Positions 9,241 to 18,181 of a stretch of 64,000 bases of DNA are shown one piece after another. Both the position numbers and the translations under genes were made by a program. The stretch is taken from the NCBI GenBank assembly GCA_047639315.1, contig JBLINQ010000004.1:9303-73302 (forward strand). The letters run 5' to 3'. The notes beneath the pieces were generated by a model that worked only from the letters and a program-made list of their open reading frames with translations, was not told where the DNA came from and did no database searches. The DNA comes from Planctomycetota bacterium (GTDB lineage: Bacteria; Planctomycetota; GCA-002687715; DRQF01). How positions within the stretch are numbered: position 1 is the first letter of the stretch; every line of letters starts with the position of its first letter.

Positions 9241-10581
9241 ATGATTCATTCAACAGACTCTATTGGTTTACCAGCACCGCTGTGCCATCGATGGCGACTT
9301 CTGGTCTTGTTGCTGTGCTTGTTCGGTCCCTTGGTAATGGGCCAGACCGGCGGCAGCAGCGACCTGGATGACCCTGATGCTGAAGTCGATCCACGCTTCG
9401 AGCAAGCACGCAAATTCAACGTAGATGGCGAATTTGAAAAATCCTGGGCCGTCTACGACAAGATTTTGGCTGATCGCGGGAATGACGTTCCAACGCTGAT
9501 TACTTACGGCAATATGAAATGGCGTGCCGGTGACCACAAAGGGGCGGAAGAGAAACTTAAGCTTGCAGTGAAGACGATGCCGACACACATCAAGGGACGC
9601 CAATTCCTTGGCCAGCTCTACTTTTTCCAAGGACGTCGTAAACTTGCGCGCGAGCAATTTGATGCCATGCGCAAACTGAAGTTCATGCGCGAGGATGTGC
9701 TGCACTCGGCTTTACTGAACCTCGGTAAGATGGATCTCTTGGAAGAGAAATGGCGCGATGCTCGGGCCCACTTCAAAGTCTTGCGCCGCGACGGAGGCAA
9801 GGCCGACCGTAAGAGTGGCAACAGAGGCAATAATCTTGTTCGCACGATGGTCGAGATGGACGAATGGACGCGCTACGATTCTGCTCACCTTCGCATCCAC
9901 TTCTCGAAAGAACTCAAGCAATTCTCGAAAGTCGAAGCGCGCAAAAAGTATGCAGCAGATTTAGATGCGTGGATTGCCAAAGTTGTCGCGTACCTGGACA
10001 TCGCGATGCCTGACCCATGGCAACTTTACGTCTTTGAAGATGACGGTGAAGCGAGCTTCAAGACTGGTCGTGCTGAAGCGCACGGCTGGGATTCATCGTG
10101 GTGGTTTAGCTATACCGCCTTGGACTCGCCCTACTCTGTGAAACATACTTTGGCGGTTCAGTTGTGTTCTCGGTGGGGCGGAACGCGGCCGATGTCTCGT
10201 TCTTTGGTTGAGGGCTTTTGTGAATTTCTCGCTGACGAAGGCAAGGATCCACACCGGTACGCAACCTTCATGCACAACGAGAATGATCTGCCATCAATCC
10301 TCAAGTTGCATGCTCATCAACGTAAGAACGGCCAGCACGGTGCCGGTGTTTCCTACGTAGACTATATGATTCGCACATACGGCATTGAGAAATTCAAGAA
10401 ACTGTGGCGCCGATTCAATATTGAAGTCAACCTTCGCAAGTACAAGGTTGGCAACTACAAGAAAATTCAATTCGACAAAGCTTTTGCCGGTCTCTATCCC
10501 AAGACACTTGGTGTTTCGTTTGAGGATTTTGAGAAGTCTTGGCTCAGCAAAGTAAAGTCAGAAGCAGGAGACGAAGACTAG
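9241..10581 (+). CDS. Exported TPR protein with C-terminal degenerate peptidase-MA-like domain
   Basis: Signal peptide (VMG|Q), N-terminal TPRs, LVEGFCEF and YVDYMIRTYGIEKFKKLW segments; no HExxH. Confidence 0.7.
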   Translation: MIHSTDSIGLPAPLCHRWRLLVLLLCLFGPLVMGQTGGSSDLDDPDAEVDPRFEQARKFNVDGEFEKSWAVYDKILADRGNDVPTLITYGNMKWRAGDHKGAEEKLKLAVKTMPTHIKGRQFLGQLYFFQGRRKLAREQFDAMRKLKFMREDVLHSALLNLGKMDLLEEKWRDARAHFKVLRRDGGKADRKSGNRGNNLVRTMVEMDEWTRYDSAHLRIHFSKELKQFSKVEARKKYAADLDAWIAKVVAYLDIAMPDPWQLYVFEDDGEASFKTGRAEAHGWDSSWWFSYTALDSPYSVKHTLAVQLCSRWGGTRPMSRSLVEGFCEFLADEGKDPHRYATFMHNENDLPSILKLHAHQRKNGQHGAGVSYVDYMIRTYGIEKFKKLWRRFNIEVNLRKYKVGNYKKIQFDKAFAGLYPKTLGVSFEDFEKSWLSKVKSEAGDED

Positions 10582-10582
10582 C

Positions 10583-11251
10583 ATGACTCGTGGTGCAGAA
10601 CTCGATATTGAAAAACTCCTCAAAGATTTTGACGCGCCGGTCACGGCGTTCGATTGCGGACAGCTTTGTGCGCCGGCTAACGGCGGCGTGCCTGTATGTT
10701 GCGAAAGCAGTGGCGTGATCCCGGTACTCTACAAGAGCGAATTCAATTTACTCCAGAAACGTAGTGATCTCTGGCAGGCCTTTAAGCCGAGCTGCAAAGA
10801 AGAGAAAGAGTTGGTGGACGACCATGGCGACTACCAACTCGCCGTTTGCACCAAATCATGTTTCTCCGAACGCGACAATCGTAGTTTGAATTGTCGGAGC
10901 TTTCCGTTCTTGCCGTACTTCGATCACGACAGCGATATTGTTGGTCTCGTCTACGACTATGAAGCGGCCGAAGGCAAGTGTCCTCTCGTCAACTTGCCGC
11001 AGACGGTCACCAAGGAATATATCGCTCAGGCAGTTTCGTTTTGGCAAGCCGTTAGCGCGTTTGATACCGACGAGATGGAATTCTATCGCGCTGAGTCAAA
11101 GGGACTACGGAAACGCCAGCGCAGGATGGGCGAACCCGTCATGGTTCTGGTCGAGGCGGGCGTTTTGTCTTATCCAACGAGAAGGTCCGAGTGGTCCGCT
11201 ATCAGCGAGTCGGGCGAAGAGTTGCCCCTGACACCTTACGATCGTCCATAA
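10583..11251 (+). CDS. Cys-rich protein, YkgJ-like (putative Zn/Fe-S binding)
   Basis: CGQLC...VCC...C...C...RSLNCRSFPF...CPL cysteine pattern. Confidence 0.65.
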   Translation: MTRGAELDIEKLLKDFDAPVTAFDCGQLCAPANGGVPVCCESSGVIPVLYKSEFNLLQKRSDLWQAFKPSCKEEKELVDDHGDYQLAVCTKSCFSERDNRSLNCRSFPFLPYFDHDSDIVGLVYDYEAAEGKCPLVNLPQTVTKEYIAQAVSFWQAVSAFDTDEMEFYRAESKGLRKRQRRMGEPVMVLVEAGVLSYPTRRSEWSAISESGEELPLTPYDRP

Positions 11252-11382
11252 TCGGCGACTTCGACGCCGATCTCGCCAATTTCCGAAACTTCTGCGGCGG
11301 ATAGGTGTTGTAGTGGCGACTCAAGCTCCATGACTCAGATTAGAAGAATCGGAGGCGCGCCGGTGCGCCTGAGGAAAAAACG

Positions 11383-12867
11383 ATGAAGAACCGACTTTTG
11401 CCCATTTTGATCCTCGGCCTATTCACTTCGGTCTTGGCCGCCCAGAATCAGATTTCATGGGCCAAAAGCCTCGATTCTGCCCTCGCAAAAGCCAAGGCTG
11501 AGAATAAACCACTGCTCATCTGCATGAACATGGACAAGGATGTTGCCAATGATCGGATGGCTCGTGAGCACTATCACGACCCAGCGATTGTCGCCAAAAC
11601 CAAGGAGTTCGTCTGTGTCTTCGTCAGCCGATTTAAGCACACAAAAGACGACACCAAAACTTGCGGACGTTGTGGCCACATCACTTGCAAAGAGCACATC
11701 AAAGCCGACCTCGCTGTTCGAGAGCTTTACTTCGAAAACAGCATTAGCGTGGTTGCACCGCAGCATGTTTTTCTGCGCCCGGATGGCAAACTTCTTCGAA
11801 CCAAGCTGTACTTCCTGACCAAGCCTGAACTTCTTTCCCTTATGGATTCGGTTTTGCGTGAGTTGTTTCCTGAACGATTCAAGAAACCTGAAGAGGCCAA
11901 AGAAGAGGAAGTAAAAGAAGAAGCGCCAAAGGGAGAAAAGAAGGACGAAGAGAAGACGGGCGAAGATGAGGAACCAAAGACGGTTGCCGAACTTAAAGAC
12001 CTGATTGTCAAGTCGTCCGAGGTCGAAGAGATCAAAGAGTTTGCGCGTGAGCTCATCAATCGGAAGAAAGACCAAGAGGCCATTGATATTCTTGAGGCGT
12101 TTCTAACCGACAAAAAATCGCCAGTGTTGCGGCTTCAGGGACTCATGCTCGCTTATGGTTTCAAAGATCACAAAGAAGGCGTCCCCAAGATCATTCGGTT
12201 CCTAAAACACAAGGATCCGAGCGTCCGATCTCACACTGCAGTTGCACTCGAAGACATTGGTGATGAGTCGGCGCTCAAACCACTTAATTCACGGATGAAG
12301 CGTGAAAAAGAAGATGCAGTTCGCAAGAACTTGGTGCGCGCCATCGGCGTTTGCGGCAAGAAAAAGAAGAAGACTCAGACTCCGCTTCTGAAACTCTTGC
12401 GCGACAAGACACGGCTCGTTCAAAGGAATGCTGCCCTTGCTCTTGGTAACTTCGAGAAGGGCGGGAAAGCCGAAAAAGCTCTTTTGCAGATGGCATTCCA
12501 AGTTGGCGGAGGCGGCCGTGGCGGCCGAGGAGGGTTTGGGCGCATTCAAAATAATCAGGCCGCTCTTTATGCTCTGGTCCAGATGGGCAGCGAAAAAGCC
12601 AAGAAGAAGACTGAGGAGCAGATCGAAAAGGGCGAGGGCTTCATGGCTGACGCCTTTCAACGGGTCCTTGATGCCTTCAATACACCCTTTGATCCCACCA
12701 ACCCAGAGGTGGTTCGATGGCGTCGAAGTGCCGGCGGCGATAAGATTAAACGTGACTTGGACCCTGAGAATGTTCCGGGTGGCCGTGGGCGAGGCAATGG
12801 CGAAGGTGGTGATAACCGTCGAGATCGTCGGCGCCGTCCCGAAAATGGCGGTGGCGACAACAAGTAA
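11383..12867 (+). CDS. Exported thioredoxin-like plus HEAT-repeat protein
   Basis: Signal peptide (LAA|Q), ISWAKSLDSALAKAKAENKPLLI thioredoxin-like start, CGRCGHITC..H insert, HEAT repeats (VRSHTAVALEDIGD, VQRNAALALG). Confidence 0.8.
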   Translation: MKNRLLPILILGLFTSVLAAQNQISWAKSLDSALAKAKAENKPLLICMNMDKDVANDRMAREHYHDPAIVAKTKEFVCVFVSRFKHTKDDTKTCGRCGHITCKEHIKADLAVRELYFENSISVVAPQHVFLRPDGKLLRTKLYFLTKPELLSLMDSVLRELFPERFKKPEEAKEEEVKEEAPKGEKKDEEKTGEDEEPKTVAELKDLIVKSSEVEEIKEFARELINRKKDQEAIDILEAFLTDKKSPVLRLQGLMLAYGFKDHKEGVPKIIRFLKHKDPSVRSHTAVALEDIGDESALKPLNSRMKREKEDAVRKNLVRAIGVCGKKKKKTQTPLLKLLRDKTRLVQRNAALALGNFEKGGKAEKALLQMAFQVGGGGRGGRGGFGRIQNNQAALYALVQMGSEKAKKKTEEQIEKGEGFMADAFQRVLDAFNTPFDPTNPEVVRWRRSAGGDKIKRDLDPENVPGGRGRGNGEGGDNRRDRRRRPENGGGDNK

Positions 12868-12997
12868 AGTCGCAATAAGAGACTTTCGACCTTCTCGGCA
12901 ACAAATTGAAGCAATCCCCTCCACAAGGGTGTTGCTTTGGTGTATTCTGACGACTTAGTTGTTTGTCGTTTCGCAATCCATAGTACCGAGCTTAAGT

Positions 12998-13747
12998 ATG
13001 ACCCAGTCCCAGTCCCTCTCTAGGGAATCTGTTGGCGGGGAAATGGAATTGAGTGCCGAGCGACGCCGCGCACGGATCTTAGGACGTATCTTAGAGTCGA
13101 GTCATCGATTTCATGAACGTCATCAAGTCCCAGAGATCATGCAGGCGTTGGTTGGTATTTCTCATGACCTTTTCGCCGATAGCGAACTTCTCTTGCTGGC
13201 CAAAAGTCGTCTTCTAGACCAAGAAGAGCTGGAGGTTTTTCACAATGATCTTAGTGGTGCCGAATTAGCTTTTGCAAAGCGACTTGCTAGTGAAGTTTCT
13301 GAAACCGGTGTTCCTCCATTCTCTGCAGAATTCAACATTATCAGTGAGCGCCATGCCGGGTGTGTACCTCTACGTATTGGTGATGAGATCTTCGGAGCTC
13401 TTTATGTCACCGTACCCTTTGGCACGCTTGGCAGCGCCGACGAGCTAACTTACTATTTGCGACTGATTAGTTTGCAAGCGAGCTTGTCTCTCAATACCGC
13501 CACCAACATCAAGCGGTTGGGCGAAGAGTTAGAGATCATGACAACCGATGCTGGCGTCAATTTGACCGAGGAGGACATCCCACTCACGGTCGCCAAGCGC
13601 GCATTCGAACGTTGGTTGATCAGTGCAAGGTTGGCGCACACCAACGGGAACATTGCCGCAGCAGCGAGAGCTCTCAAGATGGATCGTGGGCAGCTTTCAA
13701 GGTTAGTCAAACGGCACAATATTGACCCGACCAGTTACCGGCCTTGA
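12998..13747 (+). CDS. GAF-like domain plus Fis-type HTH regulator (no AAA+ domain); start uncertain (13043 possible)
   Basis: CVPLRIGDEIFGALY GAF strand; FER..I..RLAHTNGNIAAAARALKMDRGQLSRLVKRH Fis HTH. Confidence 0.75.
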   Translation: MTQSQSLSRESVGGEMELSAERRRARILGRILESSHRFHERHQVPEIMQALVGISHDLFADSELLLLAKSRLLDQEELEVFHNDLSGAELAFAKRLASEVSETGVPPFSAEFNIISERHAGCVPLRIGDEIFGALYVTVPFGTLGSADELTYYLRLISLQASLSLNTATNIKRLGEELEIMTTDAGVNLTEEDIPLTVAKRAFERWLISARLAHTNGNIAAAARALKMDRGQLSRLVKRHNIDPTSYRP

Positions 13748-13779
13748 ATTCTCATATCGACTAAGTTCATGATGTTGCT

Positions 13780-14934
13780 ATGGAGCAGCATCAACTGGAA
13801 TACTTGTTGTCGGACAACGGGCGAGAATGGTTCGCCCGATTGGAAGATCATGTCGGCGAGCCCCATAGTCGTCTACTTTGGCTCAGAAAGTCACTTTCGG
13901 CTGAGCAGTCTGCGGCCCTATTTGAGTTAGAGCGGGCCCGGGCTTCACTTGCTGGACGGCATAACTTAGCCAGCTCTTTTTTCTTGGACACCTCAGCGGC
14001 TGCACAAGCCTCTTCCCAATTGGTCGCGAATTGGCGGGCTCGTCGTTTTCGAAATGCCAACCGCGTCGTTGATCTTTGCTGCGGCGCTGGCGTGGATACT
14101 CTTGCTTTGGCTGCGGTTGCGCCGGTCCTGGCGGTCGATGAGAATCTCCTTCGACTTTCCTTTGCTCAAGTCAATGCGGTTGGCGAACACCATGACGTTG
14201 CCTTCGTGCGCGGGCGAATCCCTGATTGCCTTGGTCAAGTCGACTATGCCTTCTGTGATCCTGACCGACGTCGTGACGGCAAACGCATTTTTGATCCTCA
14301 TGAAGCCAGTCCTTCCCTGGATGAACTCCTCACCCTTCAAGTTTCAGAAGGAATGGGCGTGAAACTCTCACCGATGGCTCCTCTCGAAGGTCTCGACGAC
14401 TACGGAGAACTGGAGTTTGTGAGTGCTGCCCGGGAATTGAAGGAGATCGTTCTCTGGACCGGCTCCTTATCTAAAGGTGGACGCCGCGTCAGCCAGCCTG
14501 CAACCGGATCCGAGATTGAAGGTGAAGTTGGGGTTAAGCCAGAGCTCGCTGAGAGTCTTGGCGAATTTCTTTTTGACCCCGATCCCGGATTGACTCGATC
14601 AGGCCTCCTGGGTGATCTCGCCCGGAAACTTGGATTGAGAGCGTTGGCCCCAGACATCGCCTATCTCACCGGTGACGAAGACCCGAAGACCCCTTTCTTG
14701 ACAGCTCGGCGTATTATTGCCACTTCAAAGACCAGCCATAAGGCCTTGCAGGGGCTGATACGGACCCACGAAATTGGCCGTTTAGATGTTTCTCGGCGGG
14801 GATATCCCCAAAGTCCGGAAGAAGTACGTAAACGACTACGTCTGAAGGGCTCGGGAGTGGGGCACTTGCATTTGACCCGCTTCGGTACCCAGAGGATGGG
14901 TATTTTGACAAAACCCGCTCAAAGCGCCCGTTGA
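13780..14934 (+). CDS. Class I SAM-dependent methyltransferase with THUMP-like C-terminal domain
   Basis: QASS..VA.WRA.RF, VVDLCCGAGVD, FCDPDRR, VKLSP and LFDPDPG motifs. Confidence 0.85.
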   Translation: MEQHQLEYLLSDNGREWFARLEDHVGEPHSRLLWLRKSLSAEQSAALFELERARASLAGRHNLASSFFLDTSAAAQASSQLVANWRARRFRNANRVVDLCCGAGVDTLALAAVAPVLAVDENLLRLSFAQVNAVGEHHDVAFVRGRIPDCLGQVDYAFCDPDRRRDGKRIFDPHEASPSLDELLTLQVSEGMGVKLSPMAPLEGLDDYGELEFVSAARELKEIVLWTGSLSKGGRRVSQPATGSEIEGEVGVKPELAESLGEFLFDPDPGLTRSGLLGDLARKLGLRALAPDIAYLTGDEDPKTPFLTARRIIATSKTSHKALQGLIRTHEIGRLDVSRRGYPQSPEEVRKRLRLKGSGVGHLHLTRFGTQRMGILTKPAQSAR

Positions 14935-15087
14935 CGTATTAATATTAAGGGCCAGATCGCAGGGGCGATTAAGTTACGTTAATTTCGACGAAGGAGCCGT
15001 TGAGGCTCCACTATGTTCTATTCACAGAGGATGGAGAGTTGATCCATTCTTGCCCGACCGCCAAGACCAAATATCGGAGTTCATCCA

Positions 15088-15801
15088 ATGAGTACGCGAA
15101 TCACCGTCGTTGCCTTCTTGTTGCTTTCGCTGTTTAGCGCAGACCTCATGGCCCAGTCTTCTCGACGCAAGAGCACTCGATCACGGGCTCAAACACAAGA
15201 GAAGACACTGTCTGAGAGAGACCCAGGGCTCTATGCCTGGGTGACCACGTTGGTGCTGAATCTGCAGAAGGAACATAAGATAATTCGCAACAGTGCCGCT
15301 CAAGCGTTGATCTCGGTGGGAGGCGATGCCGCACCGATGCTTGTAGAACTTCGCGAACGGTCAACAATGAAACAACGGCGCTTGATCAACCGGATCCTTG
15401 AGAGAATGACTCGTGGCACCGGCAAAAACCTGTTCAAGGATAGTGCGGGTGGAGCAGCGCCCAAGACTTTGGCCAGGGATATCGGGGCGGTCCTTAAGTT
15501 GAACAAGGCCCAGACCACGCGTCTCAACGGCGTCATCGTGAAGGCTCAGGAGCAAAAACGCTCCATTGACTTGTCGTTCAAAAAGAAGAAATTCGGCCCA
15601 AAGATTAAAGCACAGAAGGTTGAGACCCTGCTCCGAGAGCTTGACGCCGAACTGAGCCTGTTCTTGGATCGCCAGGCTACTGACTATGTCACCCTGCGTT
15701 TGGGAGTGAATCCGGCGGCCGCGAAGAAGCGAGTTGACCCGAAAACGCAAGAGGACGAACTCAATCGTCGTCGCCCCGCTGATAAGTCGGATGGCAAGTA
15801 A
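15088..15801 (+). CDS. Exported hypothetical protein with HEAT-like repeat
   Basis: Signal peptide (LMA|Q), IRNSAAQALISVGGDAAPML. Confidence 0.7.
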   Translation: MSTRITVVAFLLLSLFSADLMAQSSRRKSTRSRAQTQEKTLSERDPGLYAWVTTLVLNLQKEHKIIRNSAAQALISVGGDAAPMLVELRERSTMKQRRLINRILERMTRGTGKNLFKDSAGGAAPKTLARDIGAVLKLNKAQTTRLNGVIVKAQEQKRSIDLSFKKKKFGPKIKAQKVETLLRELDAELSLFLDRQATDYVTLRLGVNPAAAKKRVDPKTQEDELNRRRPADKSDGK

Positions 15802-15833
15802 AGGCTGAGCCCAGCTTCCTTAAATCAGACAAT

Positions 15834-15875
15834 GCCCTCGATCGCCTAAGATAAGTGGCCGTCGAGGGCTTTTTT
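15834..15875 (+). terminator. Intrinsic terminator
   Basis: GCCCTCGA...TCGAGGGC followed by TTTTTT. Confidence 0.7.
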
Positions 15876-16061
15876 CGCAACTTTCTGCATCGTCCCCACC
15901 TTGCTCATGCTGTCAAATGGCCGAATTACATCTCGCTTGGGGTGGATTATAGCCTCCCATTCCACGCATTTAGAGGCCGCTTTTCCGTTAGGGCCCGCCG
16001 GATTGTCTTTTGGTGCCCATTTTATGCTTTTAGGAGCATTCGCTGCGTCGATTCTTCACGG

Positions 16062-16089
16062 TTGACAGGATGGGCAGTCCGACTATCCT
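16062..16089 (+). promoter_or_regulatory. Putative sigma70 promoter of amidohydrolase operon
   Basis: TTGACA-N16-TATCCT about 180 bp upstream of the first gene. Confidence 0.55.
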
Positions 16090-16267
16090 CGCCAATCCTG
16101 AATCGGCGCAAATGCGCAGGCGATTTTTCCCGGGGCTTTGAGCGCTTCAAACTTATTTGAAATGCTTAAGTCCGTGAAAGTAAATCCCTGTCGGGTCGTA
16201 CAAGGTTGAGCCAGCGCCACATGTCCGTCCATGGATATGGCCTGGTACGCTTTTCTTTTTTCTATGC

Positions 16268-18175
16268 ATGGGGCCAATCATGCCTTTCGTTCGCCTTTTT
16301 TTGATGCTCGTCGGCTTAGTCGCCATGGTCGGGACCAGTGGTGCTCAATCGCCATTTGGATCCGGCGCCACCGTAATCAAGAATGCCACTGTCTTCTCCA
16401 AAGGGAAGATCGTTGAGAATTGCCACGTTCTCTTTGCTGGCAAGAAGATCAAAGCGGTTGGACAATCAATCAAGATCCCTGATGACGCTGAAGTCATTGA
16501 TGGAACTGGGAAATTCGTCATTCCGACGTTGATTGATTCTTCTGCCACCATGGGGCTCTTTCAGAAACAAGCCGCAAGTCGCACCATCAAGGCGCATTTT
16601 TCGATCTTGGATCGGCTTGATCTCTTCAACGTTGACTCCTTCAAGGATGCGATTGAGCAAGGCGTTACCCACGTCTATCTTCGCAATCCTGCAGCGAAGG
16701 GGATCGGTGGGCAAGGATCAGGAGTTGTCTTGCCCAAGAAGATGGGCGGTACGACCGACGAGGTCTCAGTCAAGGGCAGCCAAGCAATCCATGTCAAATT
16801 GGGAACTGCGAATGGACCAGTCGGACGTTACCTCGAAGTGAAGGGACTCGGTGGGCAGCTTGTTGCTGCCAAGAAATACCGTGAGTCATGGAAGAAGTAC
16901 GAAGAGAAGCTCAAAGAGTACGTTGATGGTCTGCCGAAGGCTTCAAAGAAGAAGTCTACAGCCAAAAAGCCTGCCAAGAAAAACGAAACAAAAGGCAAGG
17001 CGCCTACAAAGCGTGTTGGTGCTCCCGATCCATTCGTCGATGAAGACGATGATCATCATGATGAGCATGGCAATGAGGAAGAAGGCGATCACGATGAATT
17101 CGATCCTTCCGAGATCGCCGAGTGGGACATCTGGGGTTTAGGAAATCCTGACGAACACCCGGTCATCAAGGCCCGCAAGTTGGCAGCTGAAACAGCACAC
17201 GAAGATCACGAAATCCCAATCAGCTGGGAAGCACCAGTACCTCGTCTTCGCCCAATTCGCAGTAGTGTTGATTTGGACGGGACCGAACCACACCTCTCGC
17301 ATGAGAAGCCTCTGGATCCGAACGATCCAAACGGCATCGACTTGTTGCTTTGCGAACACTGTGGCGGACAAATCGAAGGTCAACCACACTTTCACGAAGA
17401 GCCACAAGGTTTTGATTTTTGGCAATTCGCTCCAGACCCAAAGGAAGCCGCGAAAGCAAAAGCGAAAGCGAAGTCTTCCTCCAAGAAATCAAAAGAGCCA
17501 AAAGAACCGCGCTTTGATCCAGCTATGGAAGCCATGGCAGATGTTTTGGAAGGCAAGATGCGCTTGCGCATCGAAGTTCACCGAGCTGAAGACATCAAGA
17601 ATCTCCTGGCAATCTTGGCAAAGCATCCCATGGAAGTTGTCCTTGAAGGCGTGACTGAGGGATACATGGTTGCCGAGGAATTGGCGAAAGCCGAAATTTC
17701 AGTCTTGGTCTACGGTGATTCCATCAAGCCAATCGCAGAAGCGGCCGGTGGTGGTCGCGCTAATCTTCCAATCCGTCTTCCGCGTGGTTTCCGTATGCCC
17801 CGCTCATTCTTCGGAAGAGGCGGTCCACAGAAAGCATCACTCCCTATCGAAGGGATGGCGCGCCCAGACAATGCAGCTGTCATGTCGGCTCATGGCGTTG
17901 CCGTTGCAATCGCTGCATCATCGAAGTCTTCGAACGCTTCACCACAGCTACTCCTGGCTGCGGGGCGAGTGGCAGGGAACGGTCTGAGCAAGGAAGCAGC
18001 GCTCTCGGCTGTGACCGAATTACCAGCCCGGATCCTCGGTATCGATGATCAAGTCGGAACGCTTAAGAAAGGACAACGAGCTAGTTTCGTTATTCTCAGT
18101 GGCGATCCATTTGATGCCTCTACTCGCGTCCAAACCATCTATATGGATGGTAAGAGCTACTACAAGAAGAAGTAA
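16268..18175 (+). CDS. Exported amidohydrolase-family protein A1 (HxH lost; His/Asp-rich and CEHC insertion)
   Basis: Signal peptide; IDGTGKFVIPTLIDSS, PARILGIDDQVGTLKKGQRASFVILSGDPF fold motifs. Confidence 0.85.
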   Translation: MGPIMPFVRLFLMLVGLVAMVGTSGAQSPFGSGATVIKNATVFSKGKIVENCHVLFAGKKIKAVGQSIKIPDDAEVIDGTGKFVIPTLIDSSATMGLFQKQAASRTIKAHFSILDRLDLFNVDSFKDAIEQGVTHVYLRNPAAKGIGGQGSGVVLPKKMGGTTDEVSVKGSQAIHVKLGTANGPVGRYLEVKGLGGQLVAAKKYRESWKKYEEKLKEYVDGLPKASKKKSTAKKPAKKNETKGKAPTKRVGAPDPFVDEDDDHHDEHGNEEEGDHDEFDPSEIAEWDIWGLGNPDEHPVIKARKLAAETAHEDHEIPISWEAPVPRLRPIRSSVDLDGTEPHLSHEKPLDPNDPNGIDLLLCEHCGGQIEGQPHFHEEPQGFDFWQFAPDPKEAAKAKAKAKSSSKKSKEPKEPRFDPAMEAMADVLEGKMRLRIEVHRAEDIKNLLAILAKHPMEVVLEGVTEGYMVAEELAKAEISVLVYGDSIKPIAEAAGGGRANLPIRLPRGFRMPRSFFGRGGPQKASLPIEGMARPDNAAVMSAHGVAVAIAASSKSSNASPQLLLAAGRVAGNGLSKEAALSAVTELPARILGIDDQVGTLKKGQRASFVILSGDPFDASTRVQTIYMDGKSYYKKK

Positions 18176-18181
18176 TTCCAA

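Noticed and set aside
15855-16277. Small ORFs or a riboswitch in the long region upstream of the operon
   Set aside because: ORFs have non-protein-like composition and overlap the terminator and promoter; no recognisable aptamer core
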